Virus record (IMG/VR): IMGVR_UViG_3300042691_019786
From: a virus
Length of the DNA: 64,000 nt
Strand: one strand, 5' to 3'
Below the pieces are notes generated by a model that was not told where the DNA came from, made no database searches, and was given only the letters and a program-made list of their open reading frames with translations. Below are positions 20,901 through 30,432 of the stretch, in pieces. How positions within the stretch are numbered: the stretch's first letter is position 1; each line of letters begins with the position of its first letter. The position numbers were made by a program, and so were the translations under genes.

Positions 20901-22537
20901 CAAGGTATATATGGTAGTATATTACTACAGTCACAACAAGTATTTTTTGGAGGGTCACCTTTATCCGCAATACAGTAATCACATTTATTAACATCTAATA
21001 ACCAAGTAGGGAAAGCACCTAATATTACACCAATACCAAATATAATAACACAAATAACAGCTAAAATAGCGTTAAGTATACGCATTACTAAGTTTAATAT
21101 AGGTATTAAAACTGAGTTTACAGCAACTATGATACTTAACATAATTGTTAATAAAATACATAAAAATCCATATAAAGGGTCCCCAGATGAATCTACTCTA
21201 TTATATGGGAATGGGTTTTTATCTCCAGTACAAGCATTCACATCTTTAATACCGACAAAGTTTCTAACGTTAAGTTTTGACGCTTGATATCTAGAAATTA
21301 AAGAACTTACTGTGTATATTTTATTCCAATATAATGACCTAAAACTAGTTGGTTTGGTATTTGTACCAAACTCATAATCAATTTCAGCTTCAGTTTCTGG
21401 ATTGTTTGGAACTAGGAATTTAGCTCTGGCTCTTTTATCTAAATCACCAGCTGGATTCATACCTATTCTGAACCTAACGTTTGCTCTAGTTGCAATACCT
21501 ATACTAGGGTTATCCGATGGGACTAATTGACCAAATTCGTCTGTAACTACATAATCTAAGTTCATCGGTATTTGATAAGCCCAAGTTCCATCTTCATCAA
21601 TTAGTTCACCACCATCCACATCAAATTGTTCTATATTACCATCTGATGTTTCTCGTATCATTTCTATTCTACCAGTAGTTGTTATTTGGTCACATAATGT
21701 ACCCATAGCTCTTCTTGGTCTACATCTTTTACTTACACCATCAGTGTCTGAATCACTAAAAATAGAACCAATAAAAATAGCGTTTGATTTAATATTCAAA
21801 TTCATATCTAAATCAACTCTAGTAATTCCAATTTCACATGTTTCAGTATCACCCCAAAATGGTTGTACGTTAACACTAGTATTTAATGATTTAACTTGTA
21901 CAAGACTATCTAAATTTTTACTATATTTAAACTTTTGGTTTGAATCAAAGAATTTTTCTGGCGTTCCAGCGGCAATTAAATCATAAGGTTTTTGAGATGC
22001 CATACCAATATCTGAAATATCAACATCAGCATGTATCGTATGTGTTCCTACTGGTACACCAAATAACATAAAATCACCAGACGCATTTGTTGTTGCTGTA
22101 AATTTATAATATTTTGTAAAGATATACTCTAATTCTGGATTGTCTAAAATTTCCCTTTTACTAGGCATTGTACCTACTGGTGTATAACAAGGGTCATTTT
22201 TTTCATTATATTTAGGGAATAAGTTGTATCTTATACCATCTAAATCTTTATCATTAACTATTTCGTAAGGGTATAGTGATTTAATTAATGGGTTTTCTTT
22301 ATCTATATCGTCTATAGGTATAAAAATACTTACTTTAGCGTTTGGTACCCCAAATCCATTGTTTACTATAACACGACCTATAACAACACCATAATCAGAG
22401 CAAAAATTTCTATAAGCTTCTTCTTGCGTGATTTTTAAACTAAGTGTTTCTAAATAATCAAACTCTTGGTCTATTTTTACTTTTAAATAGTTATCACCAC
22501 CATTAGGTGTTGTCCTTATTCTAATAGTTTTTGACAT
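17954..22537 (-). CDS. Large Cys-rich virion-associated protein with a hydrophobic (TM-like) hairpin and C-terminal SprB-like repeats
   Basis: 1527 aa. N-terminal GRVIVNNGFGVPNAKVSIF..TNASGDFMLFGVPVG (carboxypeptidase-regulatory-like); long hydrophobic run LYGFLCILL..GVILGAF; repeats GSITF..GTAPYTY and GIIITVNGGKVPYKY. Confidence 0.65.
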   Translation of the reverse strand: MSKTIRIRTTPNGGDNYLKVKIDQEFDYLETLSLKITQEEAYRNFCSDYGVVIGRVIVNNGFGVPNAKVSIFIPIDDIDKENPLIKSLYPYEIVNDKDLDGIRYNLFPKYNEKNDPCYTPVGTMPSKREILDNPELEYIFTKYYKFTATTNASGDFMLFGVPVGTHTIHADVDISDIGMASQKPYDLIAAGTPEKFFDSNQKFKYSKNLDSLVQVKSLNTSVNVQPFWGDTETCEIGITRVDLDMNLNIKSNAIFIGSIFSDSDTDGVSKRCRPRRAMGTLCDQITTTGRIEMIRETSDGNIEQFDVDGGELIDEDGTWAYQIPMNLDYVVTDEFGQLVPSDNPSIGIATRANVRFRIGMNPAGDLDKRARAKFLVPNNPETEAEIDYEFGTNTKPTSFRSLYWNKIYTVSSLISRYQASKLNVRNFVGIKDVNACTGDKNPFPYNRVDSSGDPLYGFLCILLTIMLSIIVAVNSVLIPILNLVMRILNAILAVICVIIFGIGVILGAFPTWLLDVNKCDYCIADKGDPPKNTCCDCSNILPYIPCLSIQCPSSEGDTYAPGCYFGKGLEVLQQDNQGKKTVFYPGDGVNSWDDVFAGADDCLQSQLAEALNVFRFDFYNDWVNGSLYAFIVKFKKKRKGKTKFCEYDCEDFKGRGADSGVDTDKDGNRDNSCYTNYLLDSCYNGDPTDFLRWNGSEDKTFDSGGIADGVVKNVEIFFKDTKVDDVLYYAASMHDVKYKLFATDIVLLGSTETCDWQGMPSIYRLLQTTTYKLPPLTAEFENPDDKTSVESTGMVEQGDELLGLFFDINCLGIVMDYRQCLNVRHICEYGVTTDDAIEVNGVTVKPNGWLNHTTMDDDTGIYFRNVFYDLNKDLTYLKPSAPKYKFPLVPHNTNFNIINQNGKYGKPTYNFNSSTDNGVEYAKFRGYGGENIFTQPKHSYFFYFGLMPGATAIEKLNQRYFGICPRTITETLTIKAASVGASITNPTGSITFSVLYGTAPYTYIISGPNAYNKSGTINSSNTNISVPNLAVGTYTITVVDKNGNSTKQSTTIAGPPKLSASASVTKNATNATVGDGIITITGVNGGCGGYTYQLFNSDGKSITSGSVTVTQIPFEIGNLVSDSKGSGYKLVVKDSCNTTVEIKDLIIIGPTPLVITESHVDIQCFGGRTSVTEGIIITVNGGKVPYKYDITGPNNYTKQEVSVNGSNVKLIELLAGQYNITVTDAVNTTSSISVIIKHLTPELKATKPSAALLAKQCDPNKYIIPIDIASGVINNNVYIVYEIGGKDKVVTIPYVNNQQTYFEIPKSELASNSKMNVYLTNQYFTDTKLRCLQDGNSWVKLNKSEIELPNVALEIKDRNNTKQCSRQTVTFNFGISHIDASLVPYTQRLPYTLKYKINNGAEKTVTINNVQQTYTYIESLGSSFTGTNVKINLTLIDKVGCETTKELNLTVPAVELNGTITRTTTTPNNIQTCEFKVSANGGIGSLTATPYNLNTTYAAGTGASCPSPSTVSDTVTDSVGCSIVING

Positions 22538-22546
22538 ATATAACTT

Positions 22547-22933
22547 TTATCCTATTGTTGATTTTAATTTATTAACTGGGTATAAAAACTCATTATTTTC
22601 TTCAAAATCATTATCGTCATCTTCTTCTTCCTCTTCTTTTACTTCTAACGCTCTAACTTTTTGCCATCTTTTGATAGTTTTAGCTAAATTCATAACGTTA
22701 ACATTTTTATCTAACACAACTGTTTTAAATAAAAATACAACAGTAACAACTAAAACTATAGGTACAATAATTAAAGATATAAAAAATCCTAACGTTCTAA
22801 CACCATAATACATTACTTTATAGATTAGACTCAAACTTTTTATTTCATCATTTTGTTTAGCAACATCATTATTATTTAATTCATCTTGCTTGTTAAGCAT
22901 GTTGTTTTTGTCATTTTTACAATTACATCCCAT
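22547..22933 (-). CDS. Small membrane protein (MGCNCK N-terminus, one TM helix, acidic tail)
   Basis: 128 aa. Hydrophobic segment LGFFISLIIVPIVLVVTVVFLF. Confidence 0.7.
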   Translation of the reverse strand: MGCNCKNDKNNMLNKQDELNNNDVAKQNDEIKSLSLIYKVMYYGVRTLGFFISLIIVPIVLVVTVVFLFKTVVLDKNVNVMNLAKTIKRWQKVRALEVKEEEEEDDDNDFEENNEFLYPVNKLKSTIG

Positions 22934-23000
22934 TTTTCTATATTTTTTAAAACTTATTATTTAAATTAAAAATATCATTTTTTTAAATATAAGTAAATAA

Positions 23001-24812
23001 TTATTTAACCCTTACTCTAATATCTGTTGGGAATTTTATTTCAAACATAGATGTTGGTTCACCAAACAATGTATAATCAGCGCTAATGTCAATTAATCTA
23101 GTTTCAACATCTAAATAAGGTTGTGAAATTTCATTTAAACTATATTTGTTTTCACCAACTTTGTTGTATACTGATATGTTAGTTACGTTTAAAACCCCAC
23201 CAATATTATTAATAACTTCAATCAATGGTGATAAATAAATATTATCACCCATGTCAAATTTATTAATGTCCATACATTCTTTAGTCTTATTAATAATTTC
23301 AGAAATAATTTGAGATTGTGGGACTTTTTTATCAATCATAACATCATAATCAATAGCTAAATTAATAACCCTACCATCTTTTATTTGAACATAGTCGTTT
23401 AACATTCTATAGTCTGCTAAATAGTTTGATATGTTTTCCTTTAAAGTTGTATTTGATTCGTTAGATAACCTACCATTTTGGTCTAGAGTTAAAATATAAA
23501 CAGAAATTTTATTTCTATCTTCAAACACACCATTTCTGAATGGTGTTCCGAAAAGACCTGGCATTTGTGCTATTCTATTTTGGTAATCTTTTATTGTTAC
23601 AGCTCTGTTTTGCGCTGCAAAATTATATTTAACCATATATCTTATTTCTTCATTTGAAGGTGCATCTTTACCTCCAATTGCTGGTAATACATTGTTTACT
23701 TTTAATGTTTTTCTAACAGTTTGATTTATGTTTGCTAAAGGACCATTAATTGTTATATCTAAAGTTCCAATATTTGTAATAGTGTTAGGTCCAACATTAG
23801 TGTCACTACCACCACCAACACGATATTTAATAAATAATGTCGTATTTGCTGTGTGTACTTCACCTAAAGACATATTGTTTATAAAATTACCTATTTGATT
23901 AACTAAAGAAGGGTCAACATTAAAGTCACATAAACTACTTATGTTTTGAGAACCAGCTCCAAAAGTTATTTTTGTGAATCCTAAATCTGTATATTCTCTA
24001 ATAAATTTTTTTGTTGTTGATATCCATTTACCTGGTGTTACCGTTGTGTTTAAAGATGTTCTATTGTTATCTGTAACGAATACTTTATCTTCTGATAAAG
24101 ATGGCATTTCAAACCATCTAATATTACTATTATTAAATTGAGCGTTTGAAGGTTGGCCTTGTAAATTAGTACCTGGTAACGTAATACATGATGTAACTTC
24201 TACAACGTCATTATCTGGTAAAATAATTTCTAAAAAAGGTACAACATCTTGTTGTGTAATTACTCTTTTAAATATCTTGGTAAACCCATTTGTTACCATT
24301 TCTCTTTTTGTTAGCGTGTAGTTAATTACAGTACCATTGGCATTGATGTTAGGTAATACAATTCTATTAGGAATACCGTTTTTATTAAATGGACTTGAAA
24401 AATCTACATCATAAAGTAATTCAAAAACTTTACCAGCGCCATTAAATTGTGAACCAGCTCTAATCAATGGTGCATATGACACATCAAAAGTATCACCAAA
24501 TACTGGTATTGTAACACTTATATCTACAATAGTTGAGCTAGAGCGTTTGTTAGGTATGTTTAACCCAAATGTTCTAGCTAATGATAATAATGAATGTCTT
24601 TCTTGCGCATAATCAATCTGTGTTTCAGCAAACATTCTATCAGTATTATGTGATAACATATCACCAACAGCGGAGTTTAATTCTAATAACATCATACCGA
24701 CAGCAGCATCATTAAAATCACTATATATTTCTGGGTAATATTGTCTAACGTAATTAACTAAGTCGTTTCTAATGTCGGCAAAGTTTCTAGAGTCGTAATT
24801 TACATTTGGCAT
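23001..24812 (-). CDS. Baseplate wedge protein, T4 gp6/P2 gpJ-like
   Basis: 603 aa. N-terminal YDSRNFADIRNDL..YP..SDF; Y..GGG; AIGGKD..AAQNRAVTIKDY. Follows the gp25-like gene. Confidence 0.9.
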   Translation of the reverse strand: MPNVNYDSRNFADIRNDLVNYVRQYYPEIYSDFNDAAVGMMLLELNSAVGDMLSHNTDRMFAETQIDYAQERHSLLSLARTFGLNIPNKRSSSTIVDISVTIPVFGDTFDVSYAPLIRAGSQFNGAGKVFELLYDVDFSSPFNKNGIPNRIVLPNINANGTVINYTLTKREMVTNGFTKIFKRVITQQDVVPFLEIILPDNDVVEVTSCITLPGTNLQGQPSNAQFNNSNIRWFEMPSLSEDKVFVTDNNRTSLNTTVTPGKWISTTKKFIREYTDLGFTKITFGAGSQNISSLCDFNVDPSLVNQIGNFINNMSLGEVHTANTTLFIKYRVGGGSDTNVGPNTITNIGTLDITINGPLANINQTVRKTLKVNNVLPAIGGKDAPSNEEIRYMVKYNFAAQNRAVTIKDYQNRIAQMPGLFGTPFRNGVFEDRNKISVYILTLDQNGRLSNESNTTLKENISNYLADYRMLNDYVQIKDGRVINLAIDYDVMIDKKVPQSQIISEIINKTKECMDINKFDMGDNIYLSPLIEVINNIGGVLNVTNISVYNKVGENKYSLNEISQPYLDVETRLIDISADYTLFGEPTSMFEIKFPTDIRVRVK

Positions 24813-24816
24813 AAAA

Positions 24817-25197
24817 TTATATTTTAATTACTATTATATCAGTTGTATCAAAAACGCCATCAGTTATAACATATTGCATAGTTACAACAGCAGCGTAGTC
24901 ACTTTCATCAGATGGTTCAATTTTTAATTCAGTAAAGGTTAATTTTGGTAAAAATTTTTTCGTTACACTTCTTATCTCTTCTAAAATTCCAGCATATGTT
25001 AATTCGTCATTTGGTTCAAAGATAAATTTTAATAAATTTGTTCCAAAATCGGGCATATATAATCTTTGACCTCTTTGAGTCAATATTAAATGTAGTAAAT
25101 CAGCTTTTATTGCTTGATTTGGGTCTACATTTAAATCTAAGAAAAACCCTTTCTTACTATCCTTAAAAGGGTAGTTTATATTAACCGATTGAGCCAT
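24817..25197 (-). CDS. Baseplate wedge subunit, gp25/GPW family
   Basis: 126 aa. IKADLLHLILTQRGQRLYMPDFGTNL motif. Confidence 0.92.
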   Translation of the reverse strand: MAQSVNINYPFKDSKKGFFLDLNVDPNQAIKADLLHLILTQRGQRLYMPDFGTNLLKFIFEPNDELTYAGILEEIRSVTKKFLPKLTFTELKIEPSDESDYAAVVTMQYVITDGVFDTTDIIVIKI

Positions 25198-25271
25198 GTT
25201 TTATTTTTTTTAATATATTATTTATAGATAAATATAATAATTAAAAATTTTTATAAGTAAATATGGTAAAT

Positions 25272-25301
25272 AAAAAAAAGGGACTTAATAAGCCCCTTTT
25301 T
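25272..25301 (-). terminator. Intrinsic terminator after nrdA
   Basis: aaaaaaaagggacttaataagccccttttt: imperfect GC stem flanked by A and T tracts. Confidence 0.7.
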
Positions 25302-25322
25302 AATTATTATTTTTTGAATTTG

Positions 25323-27476
25323 TTAAGCTGAACATCCAAAACATTCAAATTGACTGTCTTTTGGTTTTTCAACTTGAGCTACTTGGCTACTAGCTAATTT
25401 TTTATTAGCATCCAATTTAGATTTAGTTCTAGTGTAATAAACACCAGTTTTTAAACCACCTTTCCATGCATACATAAGCGCTGACGCTATTTTAGCATAT
25501 TTAGCATCTGAATGATAAACATTTAATGATTGTGATTGGTCAACATACTTGTTTCTGATAATAGACAAATCCAACAATACTCTTTGTGGTATTTCCCAAA
25601 CATCTTTGTATCTTAATCTGATGTCTTCTGGTATTTCCACAATGTTTTGAATACTACCTTGATTTCCAATAACTTTATCAATCATATCTCTATCCCATAA
25701 ACCTAATTCTAACAATTCATTCACTAGGTATTTGTTAACAATCAAGAATTCGCCTTGACCTACACGTCTAGTAAACAAGTTAGCAGTAACTGGTTCAAAT
25801 GATTCAAATACACCTAATAAAATAGCAGACGATGCTGTTGGCATAAGTGCTAACAATAAACTATTTAACATTGGGATTGGTTCTCCTTCTGATAGAGGTG
25901 ACCAACCTTCAATATAAGTTTTACCTTCTGAATATGGACTACCTTCCCACGCTGGATAATTTCTTCCTTGTTCAATAGCCAATCTCATTGATTCTTCAAC
26001 AGCAGCTTTATACATTGTTTCAAAGATATCTTTGTTCCATTGTTTAGCTTCTTCAGATTCATAAGATATTTTTTTCTTAGCAAAGAAATCAGCCATACCA
26101 GCAACACCAATCGCTAACGCTCTTTGGTCTTCGCCAGCAGCTTTACTCCAATCGTCTGACCATTTATTTTTGTCTATTACCTTATTTAAAGCCTTTACAA
26201 GAACTTTTGTAGTCTTAGCAATAGTTTCTAGTGTGTCATGTTCAGATAAGTTAACAGAAGCCAGCGTACACTGCGGAGTGTATTTTGGTCTTGACGCTTG
26301 GAACACTTCAATACAAAGATTACTTTGTTTAATTATTCCAATATTTCTTTGCATGTTATTTTTGTTAGCGTTATCTTTGAACATCACATAAGGTTTACCA
26401 CTTTCAACTTGTGATTTTATGATTGAGTCGAAAATAGTTTTAGGGCTAACTTTTTTACCTAAACCTAATTCAACAGCTTTGTTATATTCAGCAACAAATG
26501 CATCACCATGTAATTCATATAACGGTGTTAACCCAGCTTTTTTGATATCGTTAGGACAGAATGTATACCAATCTTCATTATTCTGTAATTTTTCCATGAA
26601 TAAATCGTTAATAACAACAGATGTAAATAAATCTCTAGTTCTTAATTGTTCATCACCAATTGGTAACGTTAAATCTAAGAAATCTAATATATCTCTATGC
26701 CATACTGATAGGTATAATGCACAACTTCCAGAACGAGAACCTTGTTTATAGAATCTCATTTTAGATTGAACCATATCAGCTAATCTAATAACACCACCAG
26801 CATTACCTTTGAATGATTCAACGATACTATCTTTACTGCGTAAGTTATCAATTAATAAACCAATACCAGAACCTTCTTTAGATGCAGCTGCTATCTTTGT
26901 AAGTGTTTCTTCGATACCTTCAAATGAATCTTCATCTAAATGTGTTAGGTTACATGAAATCATACCATTTCTCTCTGGAACACCAGCGTTTGTATAAGTT
27001 GGTGTTGCAAAGTTTCCACGTTTTGACATTATTTCTTCTAACAATTCTAAACGGTCAGCTTCATTGTCATCATGTAAATAACCAGAAACACGATTATACA
27101 TACATGATGGTAATTCAGTTGGCGTTTTCTTATCATCTTTCAATGAATATTTTGAAAGGAAAGTTGTTGCAGCAAAGAAATCATAAGTTAAATCAACTGG
27201 TTGTAATTCTTTACCAACTAATTTTGATTGTCTAGATAAAAGAATCCTACCCCCTAACAATGAATAGTCTGGGTGTTGGATTACTTTATCTGCTGCTTTA
27301 AAAGCGATTATTTCATCAATTTCAGTTGTTGTGATATTATCACTAATCAACGGAATAACTTCTTGAAATAAAGTATCTGAATCAACTTTAAGTCCTTTGG
27401 CTTGTGTTTTGATTCTAGTTAAAATTTTATTCGGTGTAAACGCTTGTGACGTTTTGTCTCTTTTTAATATTCTCAT
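25323..27476 (-). CDS. nrdA: Ribonucleoside-diphosphate reductase alpha subunit (class Ia)
   Basis: N-terminal ATP cone, ISCNL, QSNLCIE, QCTLAS, GVYYTR and C-terminal CFGC. Confidence 0.97.
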   Translation of the reverse strand: MRILKRDKTSQAFTPNKILTRIKTQAKGLKVDSDTLFQEVIPLISDNITTTEIDEIIAFKAADKVIQHPDYSLLGGRILLSRQSKLVGKELQPVDLTYDFFAATTFLSKYSLKDDKKTPTELPSCMYNRVSGYLHDDNEADRLELLEEIMSKRGNFATPTYTNAGVPERNGMISCNLTHLDEDSFEGIEETLTKIAAASKEGSGIGLLIDNLRSKDSIVESFKGNAGGVIRLADMVQSKMRFYKQGSRSGSCALYLSVWHRDILDFLDLTLPIGDEQLRTRDLFTSVVINDLFMEKLQNNEDWYTFCPNDIKKAGLTPLYELHGDAFVAEYNKAVELGLGKKVSPKTIFDSIIKSQVESGKPYVMFKDNANKNNMQRNIGIIKQSNLCIEVFQASRPKYTPQCTLASVNLSEHDTLETIAKTTKVLVKALNKVIDKNKWSDDWSKAAGEDQRALAIGVAGMADFFAKKKISYESEEAKQWNKDIFETMYKAAVEESMRLAIEQGRNYPAWEGSPYSEGKTYIEGWSPLSEGEPIPMLNSLLLALMPTASSAILLGVFESFEPVTANLFTRRVGQGEFLIVNKYLVNELLELGLWDRDMIDKVIGNQGSIQNIVEIPEDIRLRYKDVWEIPQRVLLDLSIIRNKYVDQSQSLNVYHSDAKYAKIASALMYAWKGGLKTGVYYTRTKSKLDANKKLASSQVAQVEKPKDSQFECFGCSA

Positions 27477-27489
27477 AATTTACATTCTT

Positions 27490-28443
27490 TTAAAATTCTT
27501 CATCAAACATACCATCAATAGTTGTTGGTATTTCCACTCTTGTATATTCACCTTCTCTTTTTTCAAAGAAGTTATTTTTAGAAGATAAACCAATTCTTGA
27601 CATATATTCTAATGGGTTTCTTACATTAAACTCTACTGGACATCCAAAATCATTCAATACTATATCTGTAACATATTGAACATATTTAATCATGTCTTGT
27701 TTTGTCAAACCTTGTAACCCTTCTGGCATACTTTCTTCAATAAATGTTTTTTCTACTTCGTAACAACCTAAAACTATATTTCTAATTTCATCTTTTGACA
27801 ATTTGTATTCGTCTTTAAGATAGTTTTTATACAATTTAAGTGCGAACTCATAGTGAAACGTTTCATCACGTAAAATCAACTCATTCATTGCAGCAAGACC
27901 AGGCATTTTGTTTCTACTTCTATACCAGAATACACCAGCAAACACACTAGCAAAGGAAATCCCTTCGACACAAGCAAACGCTAATAATCTATGAGCAAAT
28001 GATGGATGATGAATCCAATTCTCAGCCCATGCTGCTTTTTTAGCTACTGCTGGGTTTGATTCCATTGAATTAAACAACGCATCTCTTTCAAGCAAATCTT
28101 TAATATAAGTTTCGATTAACAATGAATAACCATTAGCGTGTACTTGTTCAATGAAAGTTTGATGACCATAGAAATATTGTGCTTCTAATATTTCAACTTC
28201 ACTTTGAAAATTGTTAGCTAAGTTTTCAATCACCAATCCATCTGAAATAGCAAAGAACGCTAAAATGTTTTTCAAATAAATTTTTTCCTCCTCTTTCAAT
28301 TCATCAAATTTATCTTTTGATAAATCTGGTTCTTCAGCAACCCATGTTTGTGCCTCAGCTTTTTTATAATCTTCCCATAAATCATTATGAATTACTGGGA
28401 AGATTGAATACCTTTTCTTTAATGTTTTGTCTTTTAAATACAT
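27490..28443 (-). CDS. nrdB: Ribonucleoside-diphosphate reductase beta subunit
   Basis: FFAISDGLV, EQVHANGY, EGISF, DETFH di-iron ligands; NFFEKR..EY tail. Confidence 0.97.
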   Translation of the reverse strand: MYLKDKTLKKRYSIFPVIHNDLWEDYKKAEAQTWVAEEPDLSKDKFDELKEEEKIYLKNILAFFAISDGLVIENLANNFQSEVEILEAQYFYGHQTFIEQVHANGYSLLIETYIKDLLERDALFNSMESNPAVAKKAAWAENWIHHPSFAHRLLAFACVEGISFASVFAGVFWYRSRNKMPGLAAMNELILRDETFHYEFALKLYKNYLKDEYKLSKDEIRNIVLGCYEVEKTFIEESMPEGLQGLTKQDMIKYVQYVTDIVLNDFGCPVEFNVRNPLEYMSRIGLSSKNNFFEKREGEYTRVEIPTTIDGMFDEEF

Positions 28444-28466
28444 TATTCAATTAAATTTTAATGTTA

Positions 28467-29885
28467 TTATTCATCTTTTGGAACATTTAACGCATTTAAC
28501 ACATTGTCTCTAGTTTTACTAGCATCAAACACAGCAGCAACTCTTTTAGTTTCATTAGAAGCTTTATCGCTTTTATGTTCTGTTTGAGTTTTAGGGCCGC
28601 TACTTTGACCCATATCTATTTGAATCTTACTGTTGTCAAATCTAATATTTTCAAAGATAATACCAGACTTACCAAATCTAGATTTCAAAATAGCCATAGT
28701 CGCTGTATGGTCGTTCTTTTGGTCTAATGTTTTTGCAATTGAAACTACGAAGTGAGCAATCTGCGCTTTTTTGATAGAACCACCCATTTGGTCAGCCTCA
28801 ACAACATCAGCCTTGATTGAACTTCTGTTACCTTGGATTGCTGTCCAACCAGCGATGTCTAATTCAGCTAATAAAGCTTCAAATTGTCGCATAACGCTAC
28901 CTTCACCAACATTGACATCATCAAATTTTCTAGATGGTTCGACACAGTCTATATAATCTAATAAAATCATGTCTGGGTACCAACCTTGTGCTATTAACTT
29001 TCTAACATATTGTCTAATGACTGGGATTGTAGTACCATCGCTTGAAAACTTTTTAAGTTTCAATTGACCTTTACCATTCATCATTTCATCAACCATAGTC
29101 ATAAGGTCGTTTTTGTGAAACGCTAATGAGTTTAAGTCATAACCAGACCAACACGATAAATGCTTTCTTTGGATAACTTTTGGGTTATCTTCAAAGAAAA
29201 TTTGTAAAACTTTCAGCCCTTGATTCATGGCTGTATTTGCAATTTTTGTAATCATAGTTGTCTTACCAACACCAAAAGGCGCTAATATTACAGCTAATTC
29301 TGTTTTAGCTAAACCACCATCCATAATTTCATCTAACCCTTTGATTCCAGTTGGGATTGGTTTTCTAAAATCTTCTTCTAAAACTGTGTCAATACTATCA
29401 AAAACGTTCATACCATCGTCTTTGTTATCACCATGCTCTAACGCTTTTCTTAATATAGCTTCACATTGGTCATAATCTTCGATGTTACCTTTACTTATGA
29501 TTTTATTAATTTCAGCAATAGACTTTTTCATTTCTTGCTGTTTACAAAACTTCATAGCTATATCTTTAATCTTATAGCTATCGTTTAAATCAGCTTCTTG
29601 AATCTTTCTAAGTTGTGAAATTAAATACTTTCTTTGTTGCTCGTTATCAACGTCTTCTAATAGTCTAATTTGTAAACTACTAAAATCTGGAATAACGTCA
29701 TCTTTAGTTTTAGCTTCTTTTAATGTGGCAACTACGATACGTAAATATGCATCTTCAAAATAATTTGGGTCTACTATATCTAAAATATTGTTTGCAAATC
29801 TTCTATCTGTTATCATTTGTGCTATGAATCTTAATTGGTAATCATAACCCAAATACGCTAAACTATTTTTATCTATTTTTGCCAT
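28467..29885 (-). CDS. Replicative DNA helicase, DnaB/T4 gp41-like
   Basis: IPTGIKGLDEIMDGG, Walker A APFGVGKT, LLDYID, TAIQGNR, LKSRFG. Confidence 0.93.
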   Translation of the reverse strand: MAKIDKNSLAYLGYDYQLRFIAQMITDRRFANNILDIVDPNYFEDAYLRIVVATLKEAKTKDDVIPDFSSLQIRLLEDVDNEQQRKYLISQLRKIQEADLNDSYKIKDIAMKFCKQQEMKKSIAEINKIISKGNIEDYDQCEAILRKALEHGDNKDDGMNVFDSIDTVLEEDFRKPIPTGIKGLDEIMDGGLAKTELAVILAPFGVGKTTMITKIANTAMNQGLKVLQIFFEDNPKVIQRKHLSCWSGYDLNSLAFHKNDLMTMVDEMMNGKGQLKLKKFSSDGTTIPVIRQYVRKLIAQGWYPDMILLDYIDCVEPSRKFDDVNVGEGSVMRQFEALLAELDIAGWTAIQGNRSSIKADVVEADQMGGSIKKAQIAHFVVSIAKTLDQKNDHTATMAILKSRFGKSGIIFENIRFDNSKIQIDMGQSSGPKTQTEHKSDKASNETKRVAAVFDASKTRDNVLNALNVPKDE

Positions 29886-29932
29886 TAATTTATTTTTTTA
29901 AAACTTGTTATAATAAATATATGATGGTTGGA

Positions 29933-30421
29933 CTAAGCGCCAACCATCGTATATGTTTTTTGACTAAAGTAATTTCTAATCTCATTCATGATAGATGGAA
30001 TAATCTCTCTAACATCAACTGAATACCTTACTTTTGGTGGAAATAAGTTTCCACTAAACTCACTTTTAATAACAGTTTTTTTATCAACTTTAATTTCAAA
30101 TTGGAAATTATCTATTTTATCACTTGTCGGTTTTGCTGATTCTTCAGTTTGCACCATGTATGGGTTATAGTTACCCCATAAGTATTCCATAGATTTCTTT
30201 TGAAGATACTTAGGTATGATACCTAAACCACCAAAATCACCATTACTAAGACCAGTAATTCTGTCTACTAACTCTTTTAACTCAAACGACTTTAAAATTT
30301 CTTCATTGTAATCACGAATGTTGAAATATCTTTGACAAATGATATTGTTGTTAATGTACAATACAAATTCAAATCTTTGTTCTTCGAACTTTTTTGGGCT
30401 GTTTTCTTTTTCTGCGCTCAT
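29933..30421 (-). CDS. Hypothetical protein in the replication block
   Basis: 162 aa ORF between the exonuclease and helicase genes. Confidence 0.7.
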   Translation of the reverse strand: MSAEKENSPKKFEEQRFEFVLYINNNIICQRYFNIRDYNEEILKSFELKELVDRITGLSNGDFGGLGIIPKYLQKKSMEYLWGNYNPYMVQTEESAKPTSDKIDNFQFEIKVDKKTVIKSEFSGNLFPPKVRYSVDVREIIPSIMNEIRNYFSQKTYTMVGA

Positions 30422-30432
30422 ATATTCTATTT

